DNA of 64,000 bases from a virus (IMGVR_UViG_3300037590_000079:1-64000), one strand, 5' to 3'; shown: positions 38,904 to 48,790, counted from the first letter of the stretch. Notes: a model not told the origin generated them from the letters alone. Program-made: numbers and translations.

Positions 38904-38931
38904 GATTCGCATAATCCATGTTATGTTAAAT
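38904..38931 (+). other. XerC/XerD dif-like recombination site
   Basis: GATTCGCATAA-TCCATG-TTATGTTAAAT; XerD arm identical to the E. coli dif XerD arm, 6-bp spacer. Confidence 0.85.
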
Positions 38932-39033
38932 CTCAAATTGGATTGCACTTGTGCGCCGCATGAATTTATATACTTCCCCGTCCTGTAGATGCTATAAATA
39001 GTTAGCGTTTACTTACGGCGCAAAGGGAGCGAT

Positions 39034-39396
39034 ATGGAACATATGGAATTCGAAAAATCACGGATCGCGCAGCTCGTGGATGAGCGCGTCCAGGAGCTGC
39101 GTGGTGTAAAGTCCCAGAAGGACATTGCCCGCGAGGCCGGCTACAAGAGCCAGAACATGATCACCATGATCAAGAACGGCGATACCAAGGTTTCGCTGGA
39201 TCGCGTTCCGGATCTTGCACGGGCGCTTGAGGTCAATCCGAAAGCCTTTCTTCTTCTGGCGATGGAGCAGTTCTACTCCGGCGACCTGATCAAGAAGATG
39301 ATGATCATTCTGGAAGTCGATGGCAGCGAGCCCATCAAGAAGGACTTTCGTCCCGAGGTTCGGGAAGATCCCGCGTCTACTACGTTCAGCCGCTGA
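39034..39396 (+). CDS. XRE/Cro-C1 HTH regulator (candidate repressor)
   Basis: SQKDIAREAGYKSQNMITMIKNG...LARALEV; divergent from repC; operator copies upstream. Confidence 0.85.
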   Translation: MEHMEFEKSRIAQLVDERVQELRGVKSQKDIAREAGYKSQNMITMIKNGDTKVSLDRVPDLARALEVNPKAFLLLAMEQFYSGDLIKKMMIILEVDGSEPIKKDFRPEVREDPASTTFSR

Positions 39397-39449
39397 TTTT
39401 CTGCTATAGTTGCAACTATCGAAAGATAGCGCAACTATGGGAGAATGTC

Positions 39450-39659
39450 ATGCGGGATGCAAATGTCGGTCTGTTCTGCGAGCAAGAGATCCTTGGCGAC
39501 GAGGATGCGACGAGTTTCGTCTGCGGTATGACCGACAAGAGTTCCATCTTCGTTGAAGGTGTCGAGGTCGTTCAGGGCAAGGATCCGAACGGCCGTTTCG
39601 TCATTGTCGTCTTGCCCGTCGCGGGCGAAAGTCTCCTTCTCTTCCCTTTTGCAGGGTGA
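39450..39659 (+). CDS. hypothetical protein
   Basis: GGGAG RBS, upstream CTGCTATAG and a GAAA-loop hairpin at 39406-39438. Confidence 0.5.
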   Translation: MRDANVGLFCEQEILGDEDATSFVCGMTDKSSIFVEGVEVVQGKDPNGRFVIVVLPVAGESLLLFPFAG

Positions 39660-39718
39660 TGCGCTGTCATGTTACAAATCATTGTAAGTAAACGATGATT
39701 TAGGACAGAGGGGAAAAC

Positions 39719-42019
39719 ATGAAGCGTGCGATCAGCGACCTTCGCGAGGTCATTCAGAAACTCGTTCCCATGCTTGCAGGCAAGGGCCTGCAAGTCACGC
39801 AGCGCGGCACGGACGCCTATGTTTCCGTCAATGCGCGCACGAAGAAGCCCGAGCGTGTCAACATTCCGAACATCCCGGATGACGCGCCCGATGATTTCGT
39901 GCGCGCCATCCAGGGCTTTATCGACCACGAGGTCGCGCATGTCCTGATCACCGACTGGGACGTCTACGGCGGCGATCCTGCGCCCACCGAGTCCGAGCTG
40001 CGCGATCCTGTCGTGCGGCGGCGGATGCACATGCACAACATCACCGAGGATACCATGATCGAGCGCGAGATCGTCAGGATCTTTCCTGGCGCGCGGCGTA
40101 ACATCGCGGATCTTCGGAAGCATTTCATCGAAAATGTCACCAAGAAGGCGCTCGCGTCCGCGAAGGATGACCGCGAGCGCTTCAACTATCTTCTCGTGCC
40201 TGCCGTGCGCGCTCTCGCAGGCCACACCGAGTTCGAGGACTTCATGGATAGCGAGGGGCTGTGGTCGGAGCCGATGGTCGATCACCTGGTCCAGTCGCTC
40301 AAGCCCGAGACCATCGATCTGCTCAAGAAATGCACCACGACGCGCGAGACCCTGACCGTCGCGGACGAGTTGATCGACATCCTGCACAAGAAGGTCCAGC
40401 CGCCCGAGCAGAACCAGCCGCAGCAGTCGGGCGGTCAGTCCCAGGACAAGCCCGATCAGGAGGCTGGTGAAGGCGACGGCGATGGTGAGCGCGATCACCA
40501 GGATCAGCCGGATGACGACGGCGATCAGGATCAGGACCAGTCGGGCGAAGCTGACGGTGATCAGGATCAGGACCAGTCGGACGAAAAGGAGGATGACGGC
40601 GATGGCGAGAACAGCGACGGGTCTGACGATGGCGACTCCGAAGAGAGCGATGATGATGGCGACGGGAACGGTTCTGGTGACGCCGATGCCTCCGAGGACG
40701 GCGACGAACAAGCCGATGGTGACGCTGCTGATGATGGCTCCGACGGAGATGAAGGAGCTGATGAACAGGGTGACGGTGATCAGTCCGAAGGCGGTGGAGG
40801 TGATGCTGGGGAGCCTGAAGATGATGGGGATGACGCAGGCGGGTCCGGTGATGGCGATGGATCTGACGGAGGTGACACAGGATCGTCTGATGGGAGTGAA
40901 CAGACAGACGAGGCCGGATCGAGCGTAGGCCAGGCCGGCGGCGATGTTGACGGCGACGGGGATTCCGCCGAGGCCACCAGCGACGCCTCCGAGTCCGAGG
41001 GCGGCGGATATGGCGATGGTGTCGGCAAGTCCATGTTCGATTACGACGACGACGCCTTCGAGAACGCTGCTCTTGGCGAGGCGATGGCCGCCGAGATTTC
41101 GCGCAAGAGCGCCGAGGTCATGAACGTCTCCGACTGGACCGCCTACACGCGCGACTGGGACGTGATCGATTACCTGGAGCCGCCCGAGAAGATGAACAAG
41201 TCGTGGGTGCCCAAGCTCGAAGAGGACGTGCGCAGCATGGTCGGCGTCATGCAGAAGGATGTCGAGCGTATGATGGCCTCGCAGAGCCATGTCGTGAACA
41301 TTCCCGGCCAGCGCAGCGGCCGGCTGCATTCGCCCTCGCTCTACCGCGTCGGTCAGGGCGATCCTCGTGTTTTCACGCAGCGCCAGGAGCATCACTCCAA
41401 GGCGACGGCCGTCAGTCTCGTGATCGACAATTCCGGCTCGATGCACGGCTCGAAGATGGATCTGGCGATGGTCTCGGGCTATGCTCTTTCTGCCACGCTT
41501 GAGCGTGTCGGGATCGCGCACGAGGTGCTCGGTTTCACGACCGGCAACTACGGCAACCTGCCCCAGAGCATCATCGACTCCATCAACAAGGAAGTGGTCG
41601 ATAACGCGGGGCTTTATGATCGGCTCACCCCGATCGTCATGCCGATCTACAAGGCGTTCAATGACAGGCTCGACGCGACCGTCAAGAAGCGCATGGCCTA
41701 CGCGCGCAATGCGCAGAAAGGACTGGCCACGAATATCGACGGCGAGTCCCTGCTGATCGCTGCCGAACGGATGCGCACGCGCACGGAGAAGCGCAAGGTG
41801 ATGATCGTCCTGTCGGATGGCCGGCCGGTCGGCGGGCCGCGCTCCGGCACCCATCTGCGCTCGACCGTCAAGCTGCTCAACGAGAGCGGCATCGAGACGG
41901 TCGGTGTCGGGATCATGGATCGGAACGTGATGTCCTACTACGACAATCACACCGTAATCGACTCCATCGACGAGCTGCCGGGCCGCGTCATGGGCGAGAT
42001 CAAGCGCATCCTTGCGTGA
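39719..42019 (+). CDS. CobT-like protein: HExxH domain, acidic linker, VWA domain
   Basis: DHEVAH, long D/G/E/S/Q-rich linker, MIDAS DNSGSM, VLSDGRP. Confidence 0.85.
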   Translation: MKRAISDLREVIQKLVPMLAGKGLQVTQRGTDAYVSVNARTKKPERVNIPNIPDDAPDDFVRAIQGFIDHEVAHVLITDWDVYGGDPAPTESELRDPVVRRRMHMHNITEDTMIEREIVRIFPGARRNIADLRKHFIENVTKKALASAKDDRERFNYLLVPAVRALAGHTEFEDFMDSEGLWSEPMVDHLVQSLKPETIDLLKKCTTTRETLTVADELIDILHKKVQPPEQNQPQQSGGQSQDKPDQEAGEGDGDGERDHQDQPDDDGDQDQDQSGEADGDQDQDQSDEKEDDGDGENSDGSDDGDSEESDDDGDGNGSGDADASEDGDEQADGDAADDGSDGDEGADEQGDGDQSEGGGGDAGEPEDDGDDAGGSGDGDGSDGGDTGSSDGSEQTDEAGSSVGQAGGDVDGDGDSAEATSDASESEGGGYGDGVGKSMFDYDDDAFENAALGEAMAAEISRKSAEVMNVSDWTAYTRDWDVIDYLEPPEKMNKSWVPKLEEDVRSMVGVMQKDVERMMASQSHVVNIPGQRSGRLHSPSLYRVGQGDPRVFTQRQEHHSKATAVSLVIDNSGSMHGSKMDLAMVSGYALSATLERVGIAHEVLGFTTGNYGNLPQSIIDSINKEVVDNAGLYDRLTPIVMPIYKAFNDRLDATVKKRMAYARNAQKGLATNIDGESLLIAAERMRTRTEKRKVMIVLSDGRPVGGPRSGTHLRSTVKLLNESGIETVGVGIMDRNVMSYYDNHTVIDSIDELPGRVMGEIKRILA

Positions 42020-42028
42020 TCGGGAAAT

Positions 42029-42071
42029 AGCACGGGGAGTCGATATCCCATTTGCTCCCCGTGCTGTTTTT
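42029..42071 (+). terminator. terminator between the VWA and AAA genes
   Basis: AGCACGGGGAG...CTCCCCGTGCT-GTTTTT. Confidence 0.65.
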
Positions 42072-42119
42072 CAGTAAACACTAACTTACAAGCGAGCGAC
42101 AATTCAGAGGGGAAAATCA

Positions 42120-43379
42120 ATGTCAGACCAGAAAGCCGTCAACGAGGCGCAGGCCGAAAAAGTGCCCTCTTCGGAGGACAAGATCGTGTGCCATATCGAC
42201 AATGCTCGGGTGCATTCGATTCACAATCACATCCGGAACAACTATGCCGAGACGTGGACGGTCGAGCGCTACAAGGCCGAGTTTCCGGACGAGCCGCTTC
42301 TGTCGGACTACGCCAAGCACGTTCTGATGGAGCGCAAGCGCAAGCGCGAGGCCGAGGCTGCCGCCGTCGCGCCCTCGAACGCGGCCACGCCCGGCATGGT
42401 CAGTGCTGACGGTCAGTCGGTCACGCAGCCCGCGATGATCCAGGCCAACCTCAAGACCTTTCATGACGTGTTCGACCTGGGCGAGGCGCCCGCCGCGCGC
42501 AACGCGAACGGCAACCCGATCCAGATCGACGTGCTGAGCGGGCACAATCACGAGGGCATGGATTACCTTCCCGAGATCGACGAGGACTACGTGTTCAACA
42601 TCGACCTGCTCAAGAAGGTGATCATCGGCTTGCAGCTGAACATGCCGGTCTATCTCTGGGGCTATCACGGCACCGGCAAGACGACCATTCTGGAGCAGGC
42701 CAGTGCGCGCACCAAGCGGCCGTTCGTGCGTGTCCAGCACACCCTGAACATGCAGGAGTCGGATGTGCTTGGCCAGTGGACCGTGCGCGACGGCTCGACC
42801 GTGTTCCAGCTCGGGCCGCTTGCGATGGCGATGATCAACGGCTGGACCTACTGCGCGGACGAATACGACACCGCCATGCCGAACGTCACGACGGTCTATC
42901 AGCCCGTGCTTGAAGGCAAGCCGCTGCTGATCAAGGAAGCGCCGCCGCACTTCCGCAAGATCGTGCCGCATCCGCAGTTCCGCTTCTGCGCGACCGGCAA
43001 CACCAACGGCATCGGTGACGAGACCGGCCTCTATCAAGGCACGCTGATGCAGAACGCGGCGAACTACTCGCGCTTCCGCATCACCGAAGAGGTGCCCTAC
43101 ATGGAAGCGAATATCGAGACCGCCATCATCCAGGCGCGCGCCAAGATCGCGAAGAAGGATGCCGAGCGGATCGTGCGCTTCGCGAGGGATGTGCGCCAGA
43201 TGTTCATGGACGGCAAGATCTCCATGACCGTCAGCCCGCGCGAGTTGATCACGGCGGCTCAGCTCGGGCTGGCCTATGGCCGGAACTGGCGTATCGGTCT
43301 GGAACTCGCCTTCGTCAATCGTCTGAGCCGTGTCGATCGCCAGACTGTCGGTGAATACATGCAGAGGATCTTCGGCTGA
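42120..43379 (+). CDS. CobS/MoxR-like AAA+ ATPase
   Basis: GYHGTGKT, ADEYD, ATGNT, SRF, SPREL. Confidence 0.9.
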   Translation: MSDQKAVNEAQAEKVPSSEDKIVCHIDNARVHSIHNHIRNNYAETWTVERYKAEFPDEPLLSDYAKHVLMERKRKREAEAAAVAPSNAATPGMVSADGQSVTQPAMIQANLKTFHDVFDLGEAPAARNANGNPIQIDVLSGHNHEGMDYLPEIDEDYVFNIDLLKKVIIGLQLNMPVYLWGYHGTGKTTILEQASARTKRPFVRVQHTLNMQESDVLGQWTVRDGSTVFQLGPLAMAMINGWTYCADEYDTAMPNVTTVYQPVLEGKPLLIKEAPPHFRKIVPHPQFRFCATGNTNGIGDETGLYQGTLMQNAANYSRFRITEEVPYMEANIETAIIQARAKIAKKDAERIVRFARDVRQMFMDGKISMTVSPRELITAAQLGLAYGRNWRIGLELAFVNRLSRVDRQTVGEYMQRIFG

Positions 43380-44020
43380 TGCAGGAGAACTATGCAGATC
43401 CCAAGCGCAGCGAGCACCTTGTGCGTTCGCTGCGCGCGAAAGTCCAGCGAAGGCTCTCCTCGATCTCCACACCCGTCATGTCCGGCGAAGATATCGAACA
43501 GGAATTGTGGATCGCATGGTGCAAGGCGCGCGACAGCTTCGATCCTGATCGGGGCATCCCATTCGGGGCCTATGTGTGGCGCGGCATGATGCAGCATATC
43601 AACAGACAGATCGAGCGGCACATCAGTCGCTTCAAGGGACAGACCTTCGCGCTTTCGATCAACGCCGGTCGTCTGTCGGATGATGGTGAAATGAACGAGG
43701 GAATCCCCATCCCCGACAAGGATATCGGCCAGGAGGAGAAATCGATCCGGCGCAGCTGCTATCGCCGGGCCATCAAGAAGCTGTCGCCTGACGCGCGCAC
43801 CTTCGTTCGCATTCTGGACGAGCAGCCGCCCGAGATCCTTCAGGAAGTGATGCTTGCGACCGACAAGGAGGAACACGCGAAGAATATCGGCGCTCCCTTT
43901 GTCAATCCGCGCCGGATCACGTCGAAGATGGTCTTCGACCTCATGGGGCTGGATCGAAGCGAGCGCCGGGGAATTCTCAAGGAAGTCAAGGAGATGGGAG
44001 TCAATCTGTCCAATGAGTGA
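43379..44020 (+). CDS. sigma-factor-like protein
   Basis: EDIEQELWIAWCKARDSFDPDRGIPFGAYV resembles sigma region 2. Confidence 0.6.
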   Translation: MQENYADPKRSEHLVRSLRAKVQRRLSSISTPVMSGEDIEQELWIAWCKARDSFDPDRGIPFGAYVWRGMMQHINRQIERHISRFKGQTFALSINAGRLSDDGEMNEGIPIPDKDIGQEEKSIRRSCYRRAIKKLSPDARTFVRILDEQPPEILQEVMLATDKEEHAKNIGAPFVNPRRITSKMVFDLMGLDRSERRGILKEVKEMGVNLSNE

Positions 44021-44558
44021 TGTAACAGACGTTCCTTATCTCGCGCCCGGCTGCTTCGGATCGGCGCTGATGTTTCGCGACGACGACATGGTCTGCAACG
44101 CCTGCCCCTTCAAGGAGCAGTGCGAGCCCGCGCACCAGCACGCGCTGTCGGAGCTGCGCAGGACTCTGGGCATCGTGCCGCCGAAAGCGAAGAAGGTCGC
44201 GCAGAAGCCCGAGGTCGTGACCGCGGGTGAGCGGCATCCCGAGCGCACCGTTCTGCCCAAGAAGGTTCAGGAGCTGCTCGCGCGGATCGATCGGGGCTCC
44301 TTCGATATCGTCGGCAGTATGAAACGGGGCGAAAATCCCTTCGTGGGCCGCAAGGGCTTCGGTTTCATGGCCGTTGCCTGCCACCTCGTGATCCGGCTCA
44401 AGAGACCCGTCACGCGCGAGATCATATCCTACGCGCTCATGAAGCGGAACAACTGGACCAAGGGCACGGCAGACGCGCACGCGCGCATGGCGATCCAGGC
44501 GCTGGAGCATGTCGGTGCGATCAAGAATACGGACGGTATTCTGACCGTCGCGAAATAA
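44013..44558 (+). CDS. hypothetical protein with an N-terminal Cys cluster
   Basis: GCFG...CNACPFKEQC. Confidence 0.65.
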   Translation: MSDVTDVPYLAPGCFGSALMFRDDDMVCNACPFKEQCEPAHQHALSELRRTLGIVPPKAKKVAQKPEVVTAGERHPERTVLPKKVQELLARIDRGSFDIVGSMKRGENPFVGRKGFGFMAVACHLVIRLKRPVTREIISYALMKRNNWTKGTADAHARMAIQALEHVGAIKNTDGILTVAK

Positions 44559-44572
44559 GTAAGGGGAAACTA

Positions 44573-47500
44573 ATGCACTCCGTTCTTGCGGCCCGCACGG
44601 ATTTCTCGCTGGGCGAGTCCATTCTCACGACCGAAGATCTCGTCGAGGAGGCGGAACGTATCGGTCAGAAAACCATCGCCTTCTCGGACACGATGTCCCT
44701 TTCCGCCCTGATCGATCTTTCCGAGAAGGCGAAGGAGCACGAGATCGGGGTCATTCCCGGCGTGCGGTTGCGGATGACAGATGATCCCGGCTGGCGGCCG
44801 GGGCCGGGCGAGAAGAAGAAGCACATGCCGCGCGCCCACTTCATCAGTGCCTATGCGCTCACGGAAGCGGGGCTCAAGGCGCTCTTCCGGCTTCTGACGC
44901 TCGCCAACAGCGAGGCGCGCTTCTACTACGTGCCCAAGCTGGGCTGGAGCGACCTGTATGCCGAGCTGGACGCGATCGATGTAGGCGATCTTGCCTTCGT
45001 GATCGGCGACGAGCTGTCGGCGCTGGAGCATCCCGACGCAGAAGGAATCGCGAAGCGCATTTCCCAGGGCTCGGAGCATGTCTATGCCGGCATGGTCGCG
45101 ATCGACACGCCCTATTTCGGCCGGTGCAACCAGATTGCGGCGGGGCTGTGCGCGCTGCCCGGTGTCGAGCCGCTCGTCATTCGGCCCGCTCTCTACTGCA
45201 AGGGGCAGGCCGATGCGCAGGAGATCATGACGGGGATCTGCGAGGGCTCGAAGATCACGGATGGATGGTTTCGGTCGCGCTACAAGCGCGACCTGCACTT
45301 GCAGTCCTTTGGTGAGATGATGCCCGAGGTCAAGGCGTGCATCCTGCATCTGCGCCAGCGCGGCGTGGCCGACGCGAAGGAGATCTTCACCGCCGGGATG
45401 CAGAACACGGACGCCTTCGTGGACGCGGCGCGCTATCGCTGGGAGAAGATGCCCGTTTCCCTGCCCAGGATGGCCCCGGATGAGTTCCAGGCGGTCGTCG
45501 ATGAATGCCGCAAGGGCTGGAAGGAGCGATTCGCCGCCGAGGTGTTCGGACACAAGCCGGGCCAGAAGGAGCTCAACGAGGTCTACATGCCGCGGCTCAA
45601 ATACGAGCTGGGCATTCTCAAGGAGCTGGAGTTTTCCGGCTACTTTCTGCTGGTCCAGGAGATCGTTCAGTTCGCCAAGAAAAGCGACATCCTCGTCGGT
45701 CCCGGCCGTGGCTCCGTCGGTGGCTCGCTGGTCGCGTATCTGATGGGGATCACCGAGTGCGACCCCATCCGTTTCGAATTGATGTTCGAGCGCTTCATCA
45801 ACCCCGAGCGGATCGACCTGCCCGACGCCGACCTCGATTTCATGTCCGAGCGGCGGCACGAAGTGGTCGAATATCTCGTCTCGAAATACGGACGCTCGAA
45901 GGTCGGCGGCGTGTCGAATTATGGCAGGCTTGCCGCGGCTTCTGCAATTCGTGATGTCGGACGCATCATCGGCATTCCCGAGAAGGACTTCTCTGTCTCG
46001 AAGATGGTGCCCAAGAAGCACGGTGCGAATGTTCCCCTGCCCGAGTGCCGCGAGGCCGTTGCGGAGATTGATCAGTTCGCGCAGGCGTATTCAGAAATCT
46101 GGCCTGTCATGGAGCTGCTTGAAGGCAAGGTGCGCAACATGAGCCAGCACGCGGCCGGGCTGGTGATCGCGGGGGTCGATCTGTGCGACCGCGCGGTGAT
46201 CGAGAAGCGCAAGGATAACGAGGTGGTCTGCTGGGACAAGCGCACGGTCGAGAACATGGGGCTTGTCAAGATCGACATTCTCGGCCTGAGCAATCTCGAC
46301 CATATCGCGCTCGCGCTGGAATACATCTCGGAGCGGCACGGGCACAAGCCTGCCATCGGGCGCATCCCGCTCGACGACCCCGATGTGATCGACCGTTTCG
46401 CGCGGGGCAAGACAACGGGTATCTTCCAGTTCGAAAGCGGCGGCATGCGTGGTCTGCTCAAGGAGCTTGGTGCGGACGGAACGCTGTCTTTCGAGGAGAT
46501 CGCCGCGGCCAGTGCCCTCTATCGCCCCGGCCCGATGGAGTCGGGCATGATGGAGAGCTTTTCGCGCCGCAAGCAGGGCTACGAGCCGATCGAATACGAT
46601 CATCCGCTCATGGAGCCGATCCTGAAACCGACCTACGGTGTGATCGTCTACCAGGAGCAGGTCATGAAAATCTCCCAGGCGATCGCGGGCTATACCGGTC
46701 CGGAAGCGGATAACCTTCGCAAGATCATGGGGAAAAAGCTGCCCGAGAAGATGGCCAAGGAGCGCGACAAGTTCGTGCGCGGCTGCGTTGAAACCATCCA
46801 GTGCGTCGAGGAGTGGGCCGGTGCGCTTTTCGACAAGATCGAGGGCTTCGCGGGCTATGGCTTCAATCGCAGTCACTCGGTGGAGTATTCGCTGATTTCC
46901 TACCAGTCGATGTGGCTCAAGGTGCATTATCCGGTCGAATTCTACGCCGCAGCGCTTACGATCATGCCCGAGGAGAAGCTGCCCGGCCTGATCAAGGAGG
47001 CGGCGCAAGACGGCATCACCGTCGCGATGCCCGATATCAACAAATCGACGGATCGGTTCGAGATCGTGACCGACAAGTCGCTCGCTATTCCCTTTCAGCG
47101 CGTCAAGGGTATCTCCGAAAAGACGGCTGCCGCGATCATGCAGGCGCGTTCGAGCGGTCCTTTTTCCGACAAGGCGGATTTTCTCGCGCGTGTCGAGAAG
47201 CGGCGCTGCAACATCAGGCACCAGGATATTCTCGACAGGATCGGCGCCTTCGCGCGGATCGAGCCGGGCCAGCTTCCCGCAGACCATCCGGATCGTGTCA
47301 GGGATCAGATCGAGTTGATCCCCGGCCTTGTCACGGCCAACGTGATGATCGGGCGCGACATGCACCGTGACAAGCTGACGCGCGGAGAGCTGAGCAAGGT
47401 GGTCGATGAATACCGCGACCAGGCCGGTGACGCGTCGATGCCGGTCAAGCCGCATTTCGGTCGCAAGCCGCGCTTCATGATCGTGTCGGACGCCCCGAAC

Positions 47501-47917
47501 AACGAGGATGATCGCAACGGCGTCATGGGTTACGGGATGTCGAACAGTGCCGTGACCGAGGCGCTGGCCGAGGCGGGGCTCGACATGACTGCCGTCTACT
47601 GGACCGCCCTGTGCAAGGTGCCCAAGGCCGATCGCCAGGTTACGCCCGAGCAGATTGCGCTATACAGAAAGTATCTCGAAAGGGAAATCGACCTGTTGAA
47701 GCCGCCGATCATCGTCATGCTTGGGAGCGTGACCACGCGCTTCTTTCTGCCGGGCTTCAAGGGCAAGGCGTCGGACGCGGCCGGAAAGGTGGAATACAAT
47801 GCCGATTTCGACGCGAACCTGATCGTCGCGTTCTCGCCCGGTGAAATCTATCACGCGCCCGAGAAGCAGGAAAACATGAACGCGGTCTTTGCGAAGGTCG
47901 CGGAACTTCTGGACTGA
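44573..47917 (+). CDS. dnaE: DNA polymerase III alpha subunit with a C-terminal UDG-like domain
   Basis: GPGRGS, PDADLDF, KIDILGL, FQFES, YRPGP, YQEQVM, YGFNRSH; C-terminal SDAP...LEREIDLLKPPIIVMLG. Confidence 0.93.
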   Translation: MHSVLAARTDFSLGESILTTEDLVEEAERIGQKTIAFSDTMSLSALIDLSEKAKEHEIGVIPGVRLRMTDDPGWRPGPGEKKKHMPRAHFISAYALTEAGLKALFRLLTLANSEARFYYVPKLGWSDLYAELDAIDVGDLAFVIGDELSALEHPDAEGIAKRISQGSEHVYAGMVAIDTPYFGRCNQIAAGLCALPGVEPLVIRPALYCKGQADAQEIMTGICEGSKITDGWFRSRYKRDLHLQSFGEMMPEVKACILHLRQRGVADAKEIFTAGMQNTDAFVDAARYRWEKMPVSLPRMAPDEFQAVVDECRKGWKERFAAEVFGHKPGQKELNEVYMPRLKYELGILKELEFSGYFLLVQEIVQFAKKSDILVGPGRGSVGGSLVAYLMGITECDPIRFELMFERFINPERIDLPDADLDFMSERRHEVVEYLVSKYGRSKVGGVSNYGRLAAASAIRDVGRIIGIPEKDFSVSKMVPKKHGANVPLPECREAVAEIDQFAQAYSEIWPVMELLEGKVRNMSQHAAGLVIAGVDLCDRAVIEKRKDNEVVCWDKRTVENMGLVKIDILGLSNLDHIALALEYISERHGHKPAIGRIPLDDPDVIDRFARGKTTGIFQFESGGMRGLLKELGADGTLSFEEIAAASALYRPGPMESGMMESFSRRKQGYEPIEYDHPLMEPILKPTYGVIVYQEQVMKISQAIAGYTGPEADNLRKIMGKKLPEKMAKERDKFVRGCVETIQCVEEWAGALFDKIEGFAGYGFNRSHSVEYSLISYQSMWLKVHYPVEFYAAALTIMPEEKLPGLIKEAAQDGITVAMPDINKSTDRFEIVTDKSLAIPFQRVKGISEKTAAAIMQARSSGPFSDKADFLARVEKRRCNIRHQDILDRIGAFARIEPGQLPADHPDRVRDQIELIPGLVTANVMIGRDMHRDKLTRGELSKVVDEYRDQAGDASMPVKPHFGRKPRFMIVSDAPNNEDDRNGVMGYGMSNSAVTEALAEAGLDMTAVYWTALCKVPKADRQVTPEQIALYRKYLEREIDLLKPPIIVMLGSVTTRFFLPGFKGKASDAAGKVEYNADFDANLIVAFSPGEIYHAPEKQENMNAVFAKVAELLD

Positions 47918-47933
47918 AAAGGATAAGTAAGCC

Positions 47934-48263
47934 ATGAGTGATAATACGAACGGCCGGTTCGTCTCGCCCTGCCCGCCGCCTACGGCGCATGAAAGCGAAG
48001 TGCTGACCATCCTCATCGAGGAGGCGGCCGAGGTGCAGCAGCGCGCCACCAAGATGCTGCGCTTCGGCGTCAAGGAGATGCAGCCCGGCCAGTCCCTGTC
48101 GAACCGCGCGCGTCTGTCCGATGAGGTCGGTGATCTGATGGCCATCATCGATATGGCGAAGGGCATCGGCCTGATCGACACCTTCAGGATCAACAAGGCG
48201 CGCGCCGAGAAATTCATCAAGCTGGACAAATACATGCAGACCAATCCGGAGACCGGGAAATGA
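47934..48263 (+). CDS. MazG-like NTP pyrophosphohydrolase (putative)
   Basis: LIEEAAEV...LSDEVGDL. Confidence 0.65.
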   Translation: MSDNTNGRFVSPCPPPTAHESEVLTILIEEAAEVQQRATKMLRFGVKEMQPGQSLSNRARLSDEVGDLMAIIDMAKGIGLIDTFRINKARAEKFIKLDKYMQTNPETGK

Positions 48264-48790
48264 GCGAGAATGGCAAATACGAAATCCGCGACTTCATCGA
48301 CGCCGACCAGCTGCGCCGGGACATGGCCTTTTCGACCAATGACCTGACGAACGCCATGATGGAGCAGTCCTCGCTGTTCGCGCATTACGGTGTTCTGCAC
48401 GCCAAGGCGCAGCGCCAGGTGGACGCGGTCAAGATGCTGCTGGAGAGCACCGAGAGCGCCGTCTACAAGGCGCTGCGCAACAAGATGGAGTCGGATGGCA
48501 AGAAGCCGACCGAGGCGCTGCTCGACAAGATGGTGACGAGCCATCCGCGCGTGGTCGGAATGAAGCGTGCGCTCGCCGAAGCGCGGCAGGTCGAGGCAAT
48601 CGGCAAGACCGCCGTAGAGGGTTTCCGGCATCGGCGCGACATGCTCATCCAGCAAGGGCTGATCTCGCGTGAGGAGATGAAGGGCGAGGCGCGCATCGCC
48701 GAGCGCAACGCGCGCGACGACGCTTATGGCATGCAGAAGGAAAGCGTTCTCCAGCGCCTGCGCGAGCGGGATTCCGGCGCTGAAAATTGA
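48260..48790 (+). CDS. helical protein, possible UvsY-like recombination mediator
   Basis: Coiled coil, KKPTEA, next to SSB/RecA genes; assignment is inference. Confidence 0.45.
   Translation: MSENGKYEIRDFIDADQLRRDMAFSTNDLTNAMMEQSSLFAHYGVLHAKAQRQVDAVKMLLESTESAVYKALRNKMESDGKKPTEALLDKMVTSHPRVVGMKRALAEARQVEAIGKTAVEGFRHRRDMLIQQGLISREEMKGEARIAERNARDDAYGMQKESVLQRLRERDSGAEN

Noticed and set aside
40400-41060. GAC/GAT/GGC-rich quasi-repeats as a repeat array or CRISPR
   Set aside because: No constant repeat-spacer period; they encode the acidic linker of the VWA protein
39719-43379. Cobalamin biosynthesis genes cobT/cobS
   Set aside because: No cobN or other cob genes in the window; the architecture fits phage MoxR-VWA pairs, so gene symbols were withheld
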